From the NCBI GenBank assembly GCA_013239625.1, contig MU054001.1, positions 3,354,151 to 3,418,150 on the forward strand: DNA of 64,000 nucleotides. The letters are read 5' to 3'. This stretch comes from Lama guanicoe (lineage: Eukaryota). Under the pieces are notes generated by a model. It worked only from the letters and a program-made list of their open reading frames with translations. It ran no database searches and had not been told where the DNA came from. A program made the translations under genes and the position numbers. Below, in pieces: positions 51,040 through 63,760 of the stretch. Position 1 is the first letter of the stretch, and each line of letters opens with the position of its first letter.

Positions 51040-51497
51040 TTCGTAGTTGAGTGCCCCTCATGAGCAGCCTCTGAGAAAAGGACTTGGTGGAGGAGATAGA
51101 CCTGAGACGTGGTCCTGGGAAGCACAGAAGAGGAGAGGAGAGAAGGCAAGGAAGAGAAGAAAGATGATTAAAGGTGCATGAATGAGCAAAGTTACCCCTA
51201 TGGGGCACCTTCTGAGAGGCTGTGCAGAGCCCACCTCAGGGCTGTCCCCCTGGAGAACAGGAGGCTGGGACATTGATCTGCTGACCAGCATCCCCCATTG
51301 GTTGGGAGTTGTCCCCAAGTTGGAAACTCCCTCATACTTCTGGGTCCTCCTGCTTCCAGGGCAGAGCAAGCTCTGTGCTACCACAGATCATTCTCAAAAA
51401 AGGCTCAGATGGCTGAGGAGAGCGTGCCTGCTGCGGGGAACTCAGGTGGGCCATGAGCATGGACGTCAGGAGCATCTGCTCCCTGCGTGTGTAACAC
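51040..51497 (-). mobile_element. LTR16-family LTR
   Basis: 'ctgagaaaaggacttgg...tcctgggaagcac', 'gcccacctcagggctgtcccc', 'cattggttgggagttg'. Confidence 0.65.
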
Positions 51498-52089
51498 AGT
51501 GATGGTGCCTGCCTCGAGCCCCAGGTCCAAGCAGGACCGTGCAAGGAAGAGCTACACCCTCCAGGGTCAGCTGCATGGCCTTACCTCCTGTGGAGGAAAG
51601 GCGCTCCCGGCTTAGGCAGCAGGTTGGCCGTGCGGGGACAGCCATCCACCCTTTGAGTTCAACAGCTTCCACAGCCAAGGAAGTAGAGGACCTGAGGGCG
51701 AGTCCCAGGGGATGCTCTCTGTGTTCATACCAGGACTCCCACTGCCAAGACCCTCCGGAGGGTCTCAGAACTTGAGGACAAATCTGGGACCTCAGAGCGG
51801 GCTCCGGGTGTTATCAAGACCCAGAATATCACAGAGAGGAGCAAATCACTTTCCCAGGGTGGCTCAGGGCATGGGTCACCACTCTCTAATCCCCTCGGGG
51901 ATGAACACCTGGCTCACCTGGGATCTCCATGCAGGTAAGAGAAAAACCAGATAAGAGGGCCCCTGGCCTCCCACCCTCCGACCTCTGGGCTCTAGAGAGG
52001 GAAATCCCATGTGGTATGTCACCCAAGCGCAAACCCTTGCGCTCGGGAGAAATTTGCACACTTTCAAGTTTTTAACCTAAACTCATAGT

Positions 52090-52161
52090 GAGAGAGAGAA
52101 AGAAAGAGAGAAAAAGAGGAAGAGAGGAAGAGAGAGAAAAAGAGAAAGAAGAAGAAAGAAA

Positions 52162-52239
<78 letters not shown>

Positions 52240-52283
52240 AAAAGTAGAAAGAAAAGAAGGAAGGAAGGAAGGAAGGAAAAAAA
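52090..52283 (+). repeat. Compound polypurine microsatellite with (GAAA)19 at 52166-52241 and (GGAA)n
   Basis: Read directly; a single pyrimidine (T52245) in ~194 nt. Confidence 0.95.
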
Positions 52284-52460
52284 TACTGTATCTGTCAATC
52301 CAGCACACACATATGTATATAACCTAAAAAAATAAACAGTTTCAGGTCATTGCATAATCCTTATCCTCACTACCTATTTTGCAGTCTGATGTTGCTGTTA
52401 TATTAGGTCATACAATACTATCTTTTGTCTTTTAAAATGCTGATCAAGACTCACTAAATT

Positions 52461-52619
52461 GGGGGGAGGGTATAGCTCAAATGGTAAAGCACATACTTAG
52501 CATACATGAGGTCCTGGATTCAACCCCCAATATCTCCATTTAAAAAAAAGCCAACAACTAATAATAATAAGTAAGTAGATCTAATGACCTCTCCACAAAA
52601 AAATTTAAAAAAAAATGTT
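52461..52619 (+). mobile_element. Camelid vic-1-type SINE
   Basis: 'ggggggagggtatagctcaaatggtaaag...gaggtcctggattcaacccc'; perfect 13-bp TSD agactcactaaat at 52447-52459 and 52620-52632. Confidence 0.92.
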
Positions 52620-52836
52620 AGACTCACTAAATAAATTTTACAACCCACTGTCTGCTTACAAATTGGTGGCACCCCTCAATTTGACAACACCGAGCTAGAA
52701 GATGAGGAACTTGATACTGAAACAGGAGCTATGGGTGGACATAATGAAGCTTGTACAGATCCTACCCCGCTGTATCTCTGGTCCAGAAAGATATGGTTCA
52801 AGTACAGCTGCAGGCAACAGCCTTTGTTCAGGCGAG

Positions 52837-53340
52837 CTTTTTATTAAAGTACAACATATCCAAAAAGGAGTGTAAATGTATTGTGATTGCCCAGCACCCC
52901 AGAAGCCCAGTTGCACCCGCTCCCAGCCACTACCCTCCCACCCATCCCACAGGGAAACAATACTGACTTCTAACACCAGATGTTCGTTTCACCTGTTTGT
53001 GTTCTTTGTAAGTGTCAGATCCCATAGGATGCACTTTTCTGTGTCTGACTTCTGTGCAGTGAACTTGAGCGTGAGATTCCTCCGCGTCCCTGGGTGCAGC
53101 TCAAGTGGCTTCCCCCTCATTGCTGAGTACTAGTCACTGGGTAGCTAGACCATAATTTCACTTATCAGCCCTTGGCTTTTGATTCTGTCTGGTTTGGGGC
53201 TGTAAGCACTGCTCTAAACGTTCATCTTTGGGGAACATATGTGCTCATTTCTATCTGGCATTTACCCAGGAGTGGAATTATTGGGTCACAGAATATGCAT
53301 ATGTTCAGCTTCAGAAAATATTGGCCAGATGTTTTGCAGG
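52837..53340 (-). mobile_element. L1ME-like 3' end
   Basis: 'cccagcaccccagaagccc', 'ctgacttctaacacca', 'cccaggagtggaattattgggtcacag'. Confidence 0.75.
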
Positions 53341-53784
53341 CCAATTCTGCAAAAATAAAAACAGCTAGAGGTTCCACGTTTTGATACTCAAAGTGAAAAT
53401 CATTTGTAGAGTCCCATGGTAGGGTAGAAGGTGTGAAAATAAATATTCTTACAGCTGAAATGACTTACTCTATTGAGAAGAAGAATGTCAATTAGAAAAG
53501 GGTCTCTCTTGTCAGCCAATATCCAGGCCCTTGGGGATGCCCCAAGGAAATATCTTCTTAGTTTGTCACTTTAAAATTAAAAGATGCCATGCCATGTGGG
53601 TACACCTGGAAGATTGCAAATGCCTCAGATGCCAACTCTGATATCCCCCAAAGGTGTCTCCCAGATCAGGTTTCCAGAAATCCACACCTCATCACCACCA
53701 TTTTCATGCTATGGTACTGATTACACTTGGGAAGATGTTTAATTTTCAGCAACCACGTAGAAGCATCAAGATTTGGGGAGGCCA

Positions 53785-54040
53785 TACAGAGCAGTTGTTA
53801 AGGACATGAATTCTTGAATTAGACACAGATTTTGAAGCTTAAGTCCTAAAGGTGACCTTGGGTACCCACATCTTGCATGCTGGTTTCTCTGTCTGCAAAA
53901 TGGGCATAATAATAATATCTCATATGGTCCTAGGGTGGTGTAACAAGGATAGCCTGAAATGCATGAATGGGAGTAGCACGGTGCTGGGGAATTAACCTCA
54001 GTAAATATTAAAGGCACTCAGCATTATCACCATGATTATT
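53785..54040 (+). mobile_element. MIR SINE
   Basis: 'gtgaccttggg...gtttctctgtctgcaaaatgggcataataata'. Confidence 0.75.
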
Positions 54041-55149
54041 CTTCCTTTCTTGCTGCCAAGAGTCGAGGTATTCAGAGCCGCGCAGCACTCAAGCTGTGCG
54101 CTGAAGGCACAATCTCCCCCCTCTTCCTCCATGCATCCTTGGAACCTTCACTTTCCCTACCCCCACCTCTCAACAGTAGAAGGCGTGTCCAGGCTACAAG
54201 TGCCAGAATCACATCACATGGAGCCTGCTAATCCTCCTTGCTCTCAGATGTGGTTAGCTGGGGACGGGGATGGCAAGGGGGGGGGGGGGAGGCAGTGTGA
54301 CCAAGTTGCAAACACAGGACAGCAAAGCTGAGCTGCCTGAAGTTTGCAGCCAGGAGCAAAGGGGAAACAAATTAGTTCAATCCCAGAAGGTAAACCGGCG
54401 TTGACAGAGATGCATGGAAGAGTCACGCAAAGAAACGGGCTGCAATTTCTCATCCAGTTAGCCAAAGAATCAATGCCATGGTGCTCAGGTGACGGAGAAG
54501 ACACTGCGTGCAGGCAGCATGTGCAGATCCCAGGGCTTGGGACCTGCTTGGAGACTCCCAGGTGTATCAGGTACCAGAGTTGGCTTTGGGGGAGGGGGAC
54601 TTGCATTCAGATGGGTCTAGTCCATGCATTTCAGTACCTGAGAGTCTTACATTAGAGCTTGGAATTAGCCTTGAGATTTTAGGACTTAGGCATCATTTCA
54701 TCCAGAGACTTTCACACTAGGACTCTGTTAATGTTCATTGGTGGCAGGTGCTGTAGGGATGAGAAACACTGAAGAGGTGGGTCCCAGCTTCAAATAGCTA
54801 GTCTTATCTGTTTCATATTAGGTTGAACCAAATGAAATGGCCATTTTTGATGGCCAGAAGCAGTTCATTGACAATTTCGTTTGGTTCAGCGTATTATATG
54901 GGTGCTTCAAGTAAGTTATCATTTGATTCAAACATTCTGAGGTTAAATGTATTTGATGCAAACCAACTTCCTGACTTTCAGATGGGGGACAGGCTGGACG
55001 AGATTCTGTTCCAGCCACCAGCTGCAGGAGGACGGCAGGGCAGCGGAGTGCAGTCCACCTCGCCATCTCCGACCCTAACACAGGGCCTGGTGTACACCGA
55101 GAGCCAGAATAGCACGTAAATGAGGCAGGTGTAAATTCCATCATAGTTT

Positions 55150-55400
55150 CTTTCCTTATTCATTCGCGTATTCATGACTAAGCATTCACTGTAGCGTATG
55201 CATCAGGTACTTGACTAAGTGCTGAGTTACAGCAATTAAGCAGACACAGGCTCTCCCCAAGGCCATTTCTAGTCCAGTGGGTGAAACAGACATTAAACAG
55301 ACAGTGCCTGAGTATTTATTGCAATTGTGATAAATGGTAGGAAGGAAACAGTGCAAGCGATCCTTGAGCACTTATACGAGCAAAGCGCCAGACTGGCCAT
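55150..55400 (-). mobile_element. L2 3' fragment, followed by an MLT1J-like LTR (~55410-55740)
   Basis: 'ttattcattcgcgtattcat...'; MLT1 'catggccacgtgacttgttttagccaat'. Confidence 0.55.
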
Positions 55401-57481
55401 CATGCAGGGCGTGATGACAATGCACTGCTCAGGAGGATTTGGTACCCCTCCCTTGGAAGGAAGGCCCTTTCCTCTTCTGCTGCGCTCAGGCATGGCCACG
55501 TGACTTGTTTTAGCCAATTAAATGTAGGCACGGGTGATGGGTTACTTCCAGGTAATTCAGGATTCAAGAGTCAGTGTGTCATGCTTGCTTTTTCTTCTGT
55601 CACAGTTGGTGCCTCATTAGCCAGAGTCCTGGAATGAAGGCCACGTGGAGCAGAGTCCCAGACTCCCCTCACCATGGATGTGAAATGTGAGCAAGAAACA
55701 AACACGGTTATAACCCCCTAAAAACGTCAGGTTGTTTGCCTCAGGCCGTTTCAGCAAAGACATGCCTCATTCAGTGATATGCACACTTACACTCTAATCT
55801 AAAACCACATTGTGGTTTTTGACGTCCCTCTCCCTCTTCAGTGCCAAATGTGGCGTCTGCCATCCAGGAAAGTACTCAGCAAATGATTGTGTTCCAAAGG
55901 TTCAATGTAGAGTGTGGTGATTACCTTCGTCAAGGGAAGCATGGTGCTCTGGGAGGTCAGTGAAGAGCTAGTCCACCTTCAGGTTGAGAATGAGAGCGTC
56001 TTAAGCACATTCTGACCCTAAGTGCTCGGTAAGTGATAACTACTATTATGATCATGTTATGATTCTAGTCTAATTCGTTTTTGAGGAATGGCTTGCAGGC
56101 AGGTTGGACTGGAGCACATCAGACTGTCCAGACCCTTTCTTCATACTCCAGGCATCACGGACTCCAGTGGCCAGGGTCTCGTCTTTTTAGAACCTCATGA
56201 TGAGAGAAGGGAAGTACTTCTTTTCCTGCTCTAATTTCTAAAATCCTAGGGAAGACATCCTATTGGCCCAGTGGGAATCACATGTCTTCCTTTGAACCAA
56301 TCACTGTGGTCTCTGGGTAAGATCCAGCTGAATGAGCCAGCCACAACTTGGTCCTGTCCTTCCACCCACAACTGTTACAGAAAGAAGAGAGGACACAGTA
56401 ATTGGCAGGCTCCCCAGGTTTATGTGTTTGGGCAACTATATACTGAGTCCTTACTGTACAGAAGACTTTGTACTTGGCACCAGGAAAAGAGAGAGGAAGC
56501 AGAGCAGTTCTGGGATTTGAGGAAGCAAAATCAAGAAAAAGGTATAGCCTAGATCTTGTCTAGCCCCACTGCATGGACATTCCCCATGACACCTTGCCCT
56601 GGAATGTGGCCCTCCTTCCAGAAGTCTCCAGCCCTCTCCAAGCAGCTGGCTGTCCCCTCCTCCCACCCCTAAGGAGTTAAAAGGCAATGCAGCTCTCTCC
56701 TGGGCCTGAGAGCCAAGTTGGATGAGAATGAATGGGGCTCTGTAAGGCATCTTGTAGCTCTCTCAACTCTGCTCTGCTCCCATGCACTGTGTGCTTGTGG
56801 TTTCTGTCTCCTCTTCTGTTTATAGCGCTGGGCAGCTGCTGCACACCCCCACCCCCTCCTTCCCTGGGTCCCCTCAGGGAGACAGAGACGGAGCCATTCA
56901 GCTCTAGGATGCATGGCCCAACATTATCCACAGTCCAAGGCTTCACGTGCAGGCACTGCAGCCAGCACGACCTGGGTCTAACCAGAGCCCTGAAACTTAC
57001 CAGCAGGATAACCTAGGATGTGGGAGCAGCTAGGAATGAGCTAGGCAGGAAGCAGCATAAAATATGACTGAAGAAATCAGGGTTCATTTTACCTTCATAA
57101 CAAGAAGTCTCAGCTCTTGTGGCTCAACCATGAAAGACCCAGGACCTCTGCGACTCTTTGGGTCCCTTCCTTGTTTTGCAAGCTGGCCGCTGCAGGGCTG
57201 GGCAGCACACCTGTGGGCAGATGAAGTGATGAAGAGACGGGTGGGATAAGTCTGATCCATGTCTTTTATCAAGAGAGCAAAACCTTTCCCAGAAACGCCC
57301 AGAAGACTGAGGTCTTATTGGCCAGAATAACATCAGTGGACACTCCTAACTCAAGAAAGGCTGGCAAACGGGTATTTTGCCTCTTGGTTCCTCGGAGTGG
57401 AAGCAACAAATAAAAGAGGGGAAAATTGTGGATCAGACAGTTAGCCATGTCTGCTCCAGAAAGGTACCTTTCTAAGCCCCG

Positions 57482-57885
57482 TGCATCAGTTTGCTGGAGC
57501 GGCCATCACCCAATTTCACAGACTGAGTGGCTTACAAAACAGGAATGTATTGCCTCACAGTTTAGAGGCTAGAAGTCCAAGATCAAGGCTCCTTCTGAGG
57601 GCTAACCTGCTCCTTGCCCCTCCCCTCGGCTTCTAGAAGCATCAGCCCATGCCTCCCTGGCTCTTCACGTGATGCTCGTTCACCCAGTGTGCATGGCTGT
57701 CACCAAATTTCCCATTTTTATGAAAACACCGTTCTTATTGGATGCGGGCCCACAGTAATGACTTCATTTTAACTTGATTATCTCTATAAATACCCTATTT
57801 CTAAATGAGGTCACATTCTGAGGTCCTGGGGGTGGGTAGGACTTCGACACAGGAATTTGAGGGGGACACAGTTCAGCCCATAACA
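57482..57885 (-). mobile_element. MaLR solo LTR, MLT1A0/B-like
   Basis: 'cacagactgagtggcttac', 'ggctagaagtccaagatcaagg', 'gggggacacagttcagcccataaca'. Confidence 0.88.
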
Positions 57886-58970
57886 CGCCAGTTTCCTCAT
57901 CTATAAAAAGAGCATCACAGGAGTTCCCACCTGCATTATGGAATGAGACTTGAGTGGGGTGATCCCCGGGGGAGCTGGCCCAGAGTGATCACTCAATACC
58001 CAGCTGCAAAGGGGGTGGCTTCCTGGCTCCACACTGTGGCTGAGGCTAAGACCAGGGTCTGTGAAAGGAAGGCGGGGCCCAGGAGGACGTTGATATCCAG
58101 TCCCTTCAAGTGTGCCAGGATCCCCAAGATGATAGCCAAGATTTCCAAATTTCCAGCCCAAAGCTTGTAAGACAGACTTGTCGCAAAAACTCACTAGCTG
58201 GCACTCATGTTCCAAGCCTGTCTCCTCCCACGGCCGGTTTGGGACAGCTGGTCGCCTGAGTCCGGGGAACTTTTGTCTACAATTCAAAGCGGCCTCTCCA
58301 TCTTTGGCAGCTCCCCTGGGCATGTGTGTGCAAGGAAGCAACCTTTAGCAGTTCCAAGGGAAAGACAGGTCAAGGGCTTCTCCAGCCCTTGCCTGGTGGT
58401 CCCTTCAGTCCTGTGCGGTGATGGAGTCCACCTCCTCTCCCCGGGGGGTCACTTCCTATGCCTGCAAAAGCAGGACGTGCTGCAGTCTCGCAGGTTCTGA
58501 GGGGCCGTTCTATCTCCCTGCACCATAGGGTTTTGAGTAAATTACAAGGCTCTTATCAATGCTGGGGGCTTTATTGTTCTGCCAGGACATCTCCCTTTGT
58601 CAAAAAAATAATAACTTGTTGTAAGTAGTACTTTTTTAGGTTTACCATGCAGACAGAATAATTGTATCTTTTAATCTGGGTCAGACTGCTCTAGCTTATT
58701 ATAAATTGGCTCTGAATCCTAAAAAGAGGTGGAGGGGGGGAATGTGAGGAACATTTGCAAATAATTTAGAGGCAGCATTACCTTCAGACAAACATTATGT
58801 CATTTTGGGTTTAAATGCCCACGCAGTCCTCAGCCCAGTTATGCTCTGGTTGATCCAGAAGGAGGCTGGGGGACAAGGGTTGGGGGGAGGTCCCCATTAT
58901 GGATTCTGGCTGCTTATGTAGACTGTGAACCAGAGAACCACCCCCTCATACAGTAGGGCACAGAACCAGA

Positions 58971-59418
58971 TGTAGCAAGCTGAATAATTGTCCCCCAGAG
59001 GCATCAGGTTCTAATTTCTGAAAACTATAAATGTTACCTTATTTGGAAAGGGGTCTTTGTAGATGTGACTAAGGATCTTATCCTGGTTTACTCAAGTGGT
59101 CGCTAAATGAAACCCCAAGTCTCCTTATGTGAGAGATGCAGAGGGAAATTAGACACAGACAGAAGTGGAGAAGGCAGAGATCAGGGGGATGAGGCCACAA
59201 GCCGAGGGATGCTGGCAGCCACCAGAGGCAAGCACAGGTAAGAAACAGATTCTCCCCAGAGCCTCTGGAAGGACCATGGCCCTGATGACACCTTGATGTT
59301 GGTCCAGTAAAACTGATTTTGGGCTCTGGCATCCAGAAGTGTAAGAGGATAAATTTCTATTGTTTAAAGCAACCAAGTTTGTGGAAATTTGTTATAGCAG
59401 CCACAAGGAACTAATACA
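58971..59418 (+). mobile_element. MaLR solo LTR, MLT1C-like
   Basis: 'tgtagcaagctgaataat...atgttaccttatttggaaaggggtctttg'; end 'ttgttatagcagccacaaggaactaataca'. Confidence 0.9.
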
Positions 59419-59524
59419 GGGGACAACTGTCCATGGCTCCCCTGTGCCCAAAGAGGACCTTCCAGGCTGAAGAAGTCCACAAGTGATATGGAAAATGTCA
59501 CAGAAAGGATGGCCATTAGAGCAG

Positions 59525-59730
59525 TGTGCCCCAGATTCTAGTTCCTGTGTCACCACTTCCTACTTGTGTGACCTTGGACTAATGCCTCACCTCTCTGAAC
59601 CTCAGTTTCTTCATCAGTAAAATAAGGATAACCGTAATTCCCTTTACAATGTTGTCTGCAGATAAAATGGCCCAGCACACATAAACCAGAGCCTGGCGTG
59701 TCACAGTTGGATGATCAATGCAAGTTAGCC
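59525..59730 (+). mobile_element. MIR SINE
   Basis: 'tgtgtgaccttggac...cacctctctgaacctcagtttcttcatcagtaaaa'. Confidence 0.85.
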
Positions 59731-59769
59731 TTTTTTAAAAAAAAAAAGACCTTTTAAAAAATCGTACCT

Positions 59770-60258
59770 CTGTCAACTTTCTGGTGCTATTCTCGGAGTG
59801 TTCTGGAAGTTTCCTAGGGCAAGCAAGCGAGCTTTTTGCATGCACCCTTTGAGAGGTGAGTCTTGGTTTTCTACAGTCCTCCAGCTCTCCCACTTGTGGC
59901 CCCTCCTGATTTTCAAAGCCAGGCGCTCTGGGGCTTTGTCTCCCCTGTTCAGGACCCCGGGCTAGGGTGTCAGATGCAGGTTCGGACCCCTTGCTTCTCA
60001 GGGAGGACATCTGTGGCTGTGATATCTCTCTGCCTATGGGTCACCAGGCCAGTGGGGGGATGGTCTTTACCCGACCAAGCGTCTACCCTTGCTACTCGTC
60101 TCAGTGTGGCTTTCTCTTTATGCCCTTAGTTGTGGGGCATCATTTCTTCTAGTCTTCAGGTCTTTCTCAGATATAGTTGCTCTATGTACTGTGGTTTTGG
60201 TGTGTCCCTGAAGGAGGCGAGCCCAGTGTCCCCCTACTCTGCCATCATGTCTCCCTCT
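59770..60258 (-). mobile_element. L1 5'UTR start (L1M2-like), without L1 body
   Basis: Minus strand begins GAGGGAGACATGATGGCAGAGTAGGGGGACACTGGGCTCGCCTCC...ACCAAAACCACAGTACATAGAGCAACT, similar to L1 5' termini. Confidence 0.7.
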
Positions 60259-60479
60259 TCTTGCAAGGGTGGTATTTACCTTTGGTGTGTTTTCAGGGGC
60301 GCTTCTGCATTACCCCTTCCTAAATGCCTTCACTAGCAAACCATGAATGCCATCATTAAATATTTGTTTCTTTGGTGAGTTCAAGCATGAACCAATGCAG
60401 AGCCAAATACCACCAAGATGTCAATTCTAGCCATGAATACCTTAGTGTGGTTTGCAGCTAAGTGGCTTCCTGATGCTGC

Positions 60480-60790
60480 AGAATGAACCATGACATCTTT
60501 TCTATGGCCTCCAAAGCCTGTATGGCTTAACATTCTCCTCCTTGCCCTCGTGTCTTTCTTCAATTATTCAGATGTTCAGTGGTTGCTTCTGCCTTGGGCC
60601 TTCCTTTGAACAAGCTATTCCTTCTGACTTAGAAATTTCTTCCTCCCAGTAACACCTGAGTTCCTGAGGACAGAGGCAGGGGCTTTTCTGCTCACTTCTG
60701 GGTCCTTATACAAAATTCAGTGCCTGGTACATATCTTACGCTGCTAAGTACATATTTACTGAATGAATAGATGAATGAATGAATGAATGC
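60480..60790 (+). mobile_element. L2 3' end with (TGAA)n tail
   Basis: 'cagtgcctggtacata...atatttactgaatgaatagatgaatgaatgaatgaatg'. Confidence 0.8.
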
Positions 60791-60909
60791 AATCAGTTCC
60801 AGACTGATGGCACTGATGACACAGCAGAGTTATATTTGTTTAATGTAAGAGGAGTGACAAATAAATGATGAGGTTGGGAGAAAAAACAGAATACTGACAA
60901 AGAAGGTGT

Positions 60910-61358
60910 TTAACAAAAATTTGGCTGCATGTAAGAGAAATTAACAATGGCTTGATAGATAGGAAGTCCTGAGGTGGACTGTCCAAAGATGACACAGTGC
61001 TCCATGGTTATCAGAAACCAAGCTTCAATATTTATATTCCACCAAGTTTATGACTCGCTTCAATCTTCAAAGTTGCTTCAGGGTCCAAAAAGGTTGCTAA
61101 GGGTCCAGCTATCACACCCAGATTCAAGGCAAGAAAAAGGAACAAGAGGGTAAATGATATATTATCCAGATAAGTAAGCCATTTTTAAGGAGCTGTCCCA
61201 GAAGTCCCACCCAGTAAGTTGTGTTTGTATCTCATTGGCCATGCCTACTGGAAAATAAATATTTTAACTAGACTAATTGCCAGCCAAATAAAATTGGGAT
61301 TCTTTTGGTGAAGAAGGGGGAATGGATATTGGATAGGCAACCAGCAGTCTCAGACACA
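60910..61358 (-). mobile_element. Old MaLR LTR (MLT1K/L-like)
   Basis: 'ccagaagtcccaccc...atctcattggcca', 'aatggatattggataggcaaccagcagtct'. Confidence 0.7.
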
Positions 61359-62439
61359 GGGGCTAACACTTTAGAAGAGGAATCCACTTATTCAGTTCCT
61401 TTAGGTATTCCACTCACTCATGGAGAAGTTACATAAGACATACTGACCTGGGCAAGACACTGGACAGGGAAGAGAAAGAGAGAGCATGAAGATAATGGGA
61501 CATGGTCTTCACACCCAAGGCGATCATGTTCAAGTAGGGCACAGGCTGATAAGAAGTTGAGTCCAGAGTCAGAATTGGCAAGCAGCCAAGATGAGGGGTA
61601 GCTACGTGCTATAAGTGTTCAGAGAGACTCTTTTCCTAGAAGTGGCTGGGCAGATCCAGGAGGAAGCAGGAGCTTTGATGGACAGATAAAATTTTGCCAA
61701 GTATGGAAGATTGTTGTAGAGAGTACATTTCAGGTGGAGAGGATGGCTCAGGTAAAGACATAGAAGATTGTCCACATCCCGAGATGAACAGCAGGAGCCA
61801 GAACTGGGCGATGGGAAGTAATCCCGGAAATCAGTAACAGCTTCCTCATGACGAGTCCCTGCCCATCTCCCCGGTTCCCTTCCATTTACTCTGACCCTTT
61901 GCTACTTAGATAAAATGGTAAAATGTTTTAGTGAGAGTATACTTTTTTGGAAAAAAAATTTCATGAAGCTTTTAAGTGCTGTCTTTACCACTCAGACTTT
62001 TAAAATGTTAGCATTTCGAAGTGCCCAGGATGGGCATACAGGACGCTTTTTATTATGGAGATTGTATAGGTTGCATTTTTGTTTGAAACTGAAAGAATTT
62101 AGTCTTCAACATTTTCTGATTTTGAAATTTTTAAATCTTGTTTAACAAAACTTTTGTGTATCAAGATAATTTTCATTGCAGAATTTCTTTATAAAAAAAT
62201 TCACCCCTTGAAATATTGGGATCCTTTTTAATATTAACCACAGCATTTGTATGACATTGCTTTTGAAAATACTCACCTTTCTCCCTTTTCTTACCTGGAA
62301 TCTAGGTGTTATAGCTGGAGCCTTTGCAATCATTTTGGGAGATTTGGGATAAAAGTCACATCGGGCCTTCTATCTGGGTCTCCAGTGAGTCTATTCTTCC
62401 ACACCTTGGGGCCTTGGCTCACCCCGTCCCTTCATCTGG

Positions 62440-62770
62440 AGCATCATCTCCTCCAGTCTTTACTTGGCTGACCCCCTTCTCATTCTCCCTGTCTCAGGTC
62501 ACAAGTCCCTCCCCACAGAGACTCTCCCCACCATCCTTTCCAAAGTATGTACACTCTGTTATTCCCACTCAGTACACCTTACTCTGTATTTCATAACATT
62601 TCTTTTTGCAATTTGAGATATTTTTACTTATGAAATTATCTGCTTAATGTTTGTCTGCCCCTCTAGATCGTGAGCTCTGAGAGGCTAGGTCTGGCTCTTT
62701 TTGCCCATCACTTGGTGAAGCTTGGCACAGAATGGGCATTCAATGGAAATTCATTGGCTTAATTGATGTA
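62440..62770 (+). mobile_element. L2 3' portion
   Basis: 'tgtctgcccctctagatcgtgagctctgagagg...cttggcacagaatgggcattcaa'. Confidence 0.65.
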
Positions 62771-63554
62771 TGTGTATGTGTGTGTCATAGCTAAAGACTC
62801 GTAGGGAATTAATGCCCAAAGAAGATAAAAAGTAGCAAATTAATTCACTGTGCTCTTGTATACTTTAATTCTGAAAGTTAATTGGTTATTTGATGAAAGC
62901 CCATGGCCTTGGTCAAAGATGTTAGCACAAGGAAAGATTTGATGAGCAGTGGCTGCCCAGTTTGAAACGAAAGACATGGAATTCAAGCACATTTATGAAA
63001 TGCAAACATCACTGAGCAAAGGTCTGGAACCAGGCACAACTTCTTCCTTAGATGATTCACTTTGAGCAGAGTCCAGACGGAGCTATGAAAATGCCAGTCA
63101 TTAATTTGACAGAACCTCTCCCATGGGCTATCCGCTGTCATTTGTTCACTCAGTGAAACCTGGCTTCTAGAATTCCATTAGTTGGAAATTTATGATTCCT
63201 CAACTCAACCAGGTCAAAGGGTACTCTGGATCCCCTGAAAGAAAAGTGTTCTGAGCAAATGAACCCAAATCATGAAATTTCAAGGAAGCAGGTCAATGGG
63301 TAGAGATCAGAGGTACCTGTAGCAACATAGTGGAATCTATTTGCATACAGTTAATACACTAATTACAAAGCACTAGTCACTATTCACTGAGATAGGGGAT
63401 ATCCAGGTTAGGTAATGCTGGTAGCCTTATTAGGATTTAATAGCCTGTCTGTGTTTAAAGGTAACACAACTACCTTTCCATTAGGTCAGAGTGAAGGTAA
63501 AGGAGGAATGGAGGGAGAGGGATTTGCAGTTGCCATTTGCCCAAGGATTAACGT

Positions 63555-63760
63555 ACCAGTCATTGGGCTAAGTGCTCTACACACGATAGCTCTTAATTCC
63601 CCAGCCACTCTTAGATGGCATTATTGTTTTCATTTTACACATGAGCAAACCTGAGGTTCAGAGAGGTAAAGCCACCTACTCAAAGTTGCAAGACCACATA
63701 CACAGGGTGCCAAATCCAGGTCATGTCTGACCAGAATGCACATTCTTCTCCCATCACAAT
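63555..63760 (-). mobile_element. MIR SINE
   Basis: 'cattttacacatgagcaaacctgaggttcagagaggtaaag'. Confidence 0.8.

Noticed and set aside
52072..52327. ORFs rich in FLSF or ERKK repeats
   Set aside because: Translations of the (GAAA)n microsatellite.
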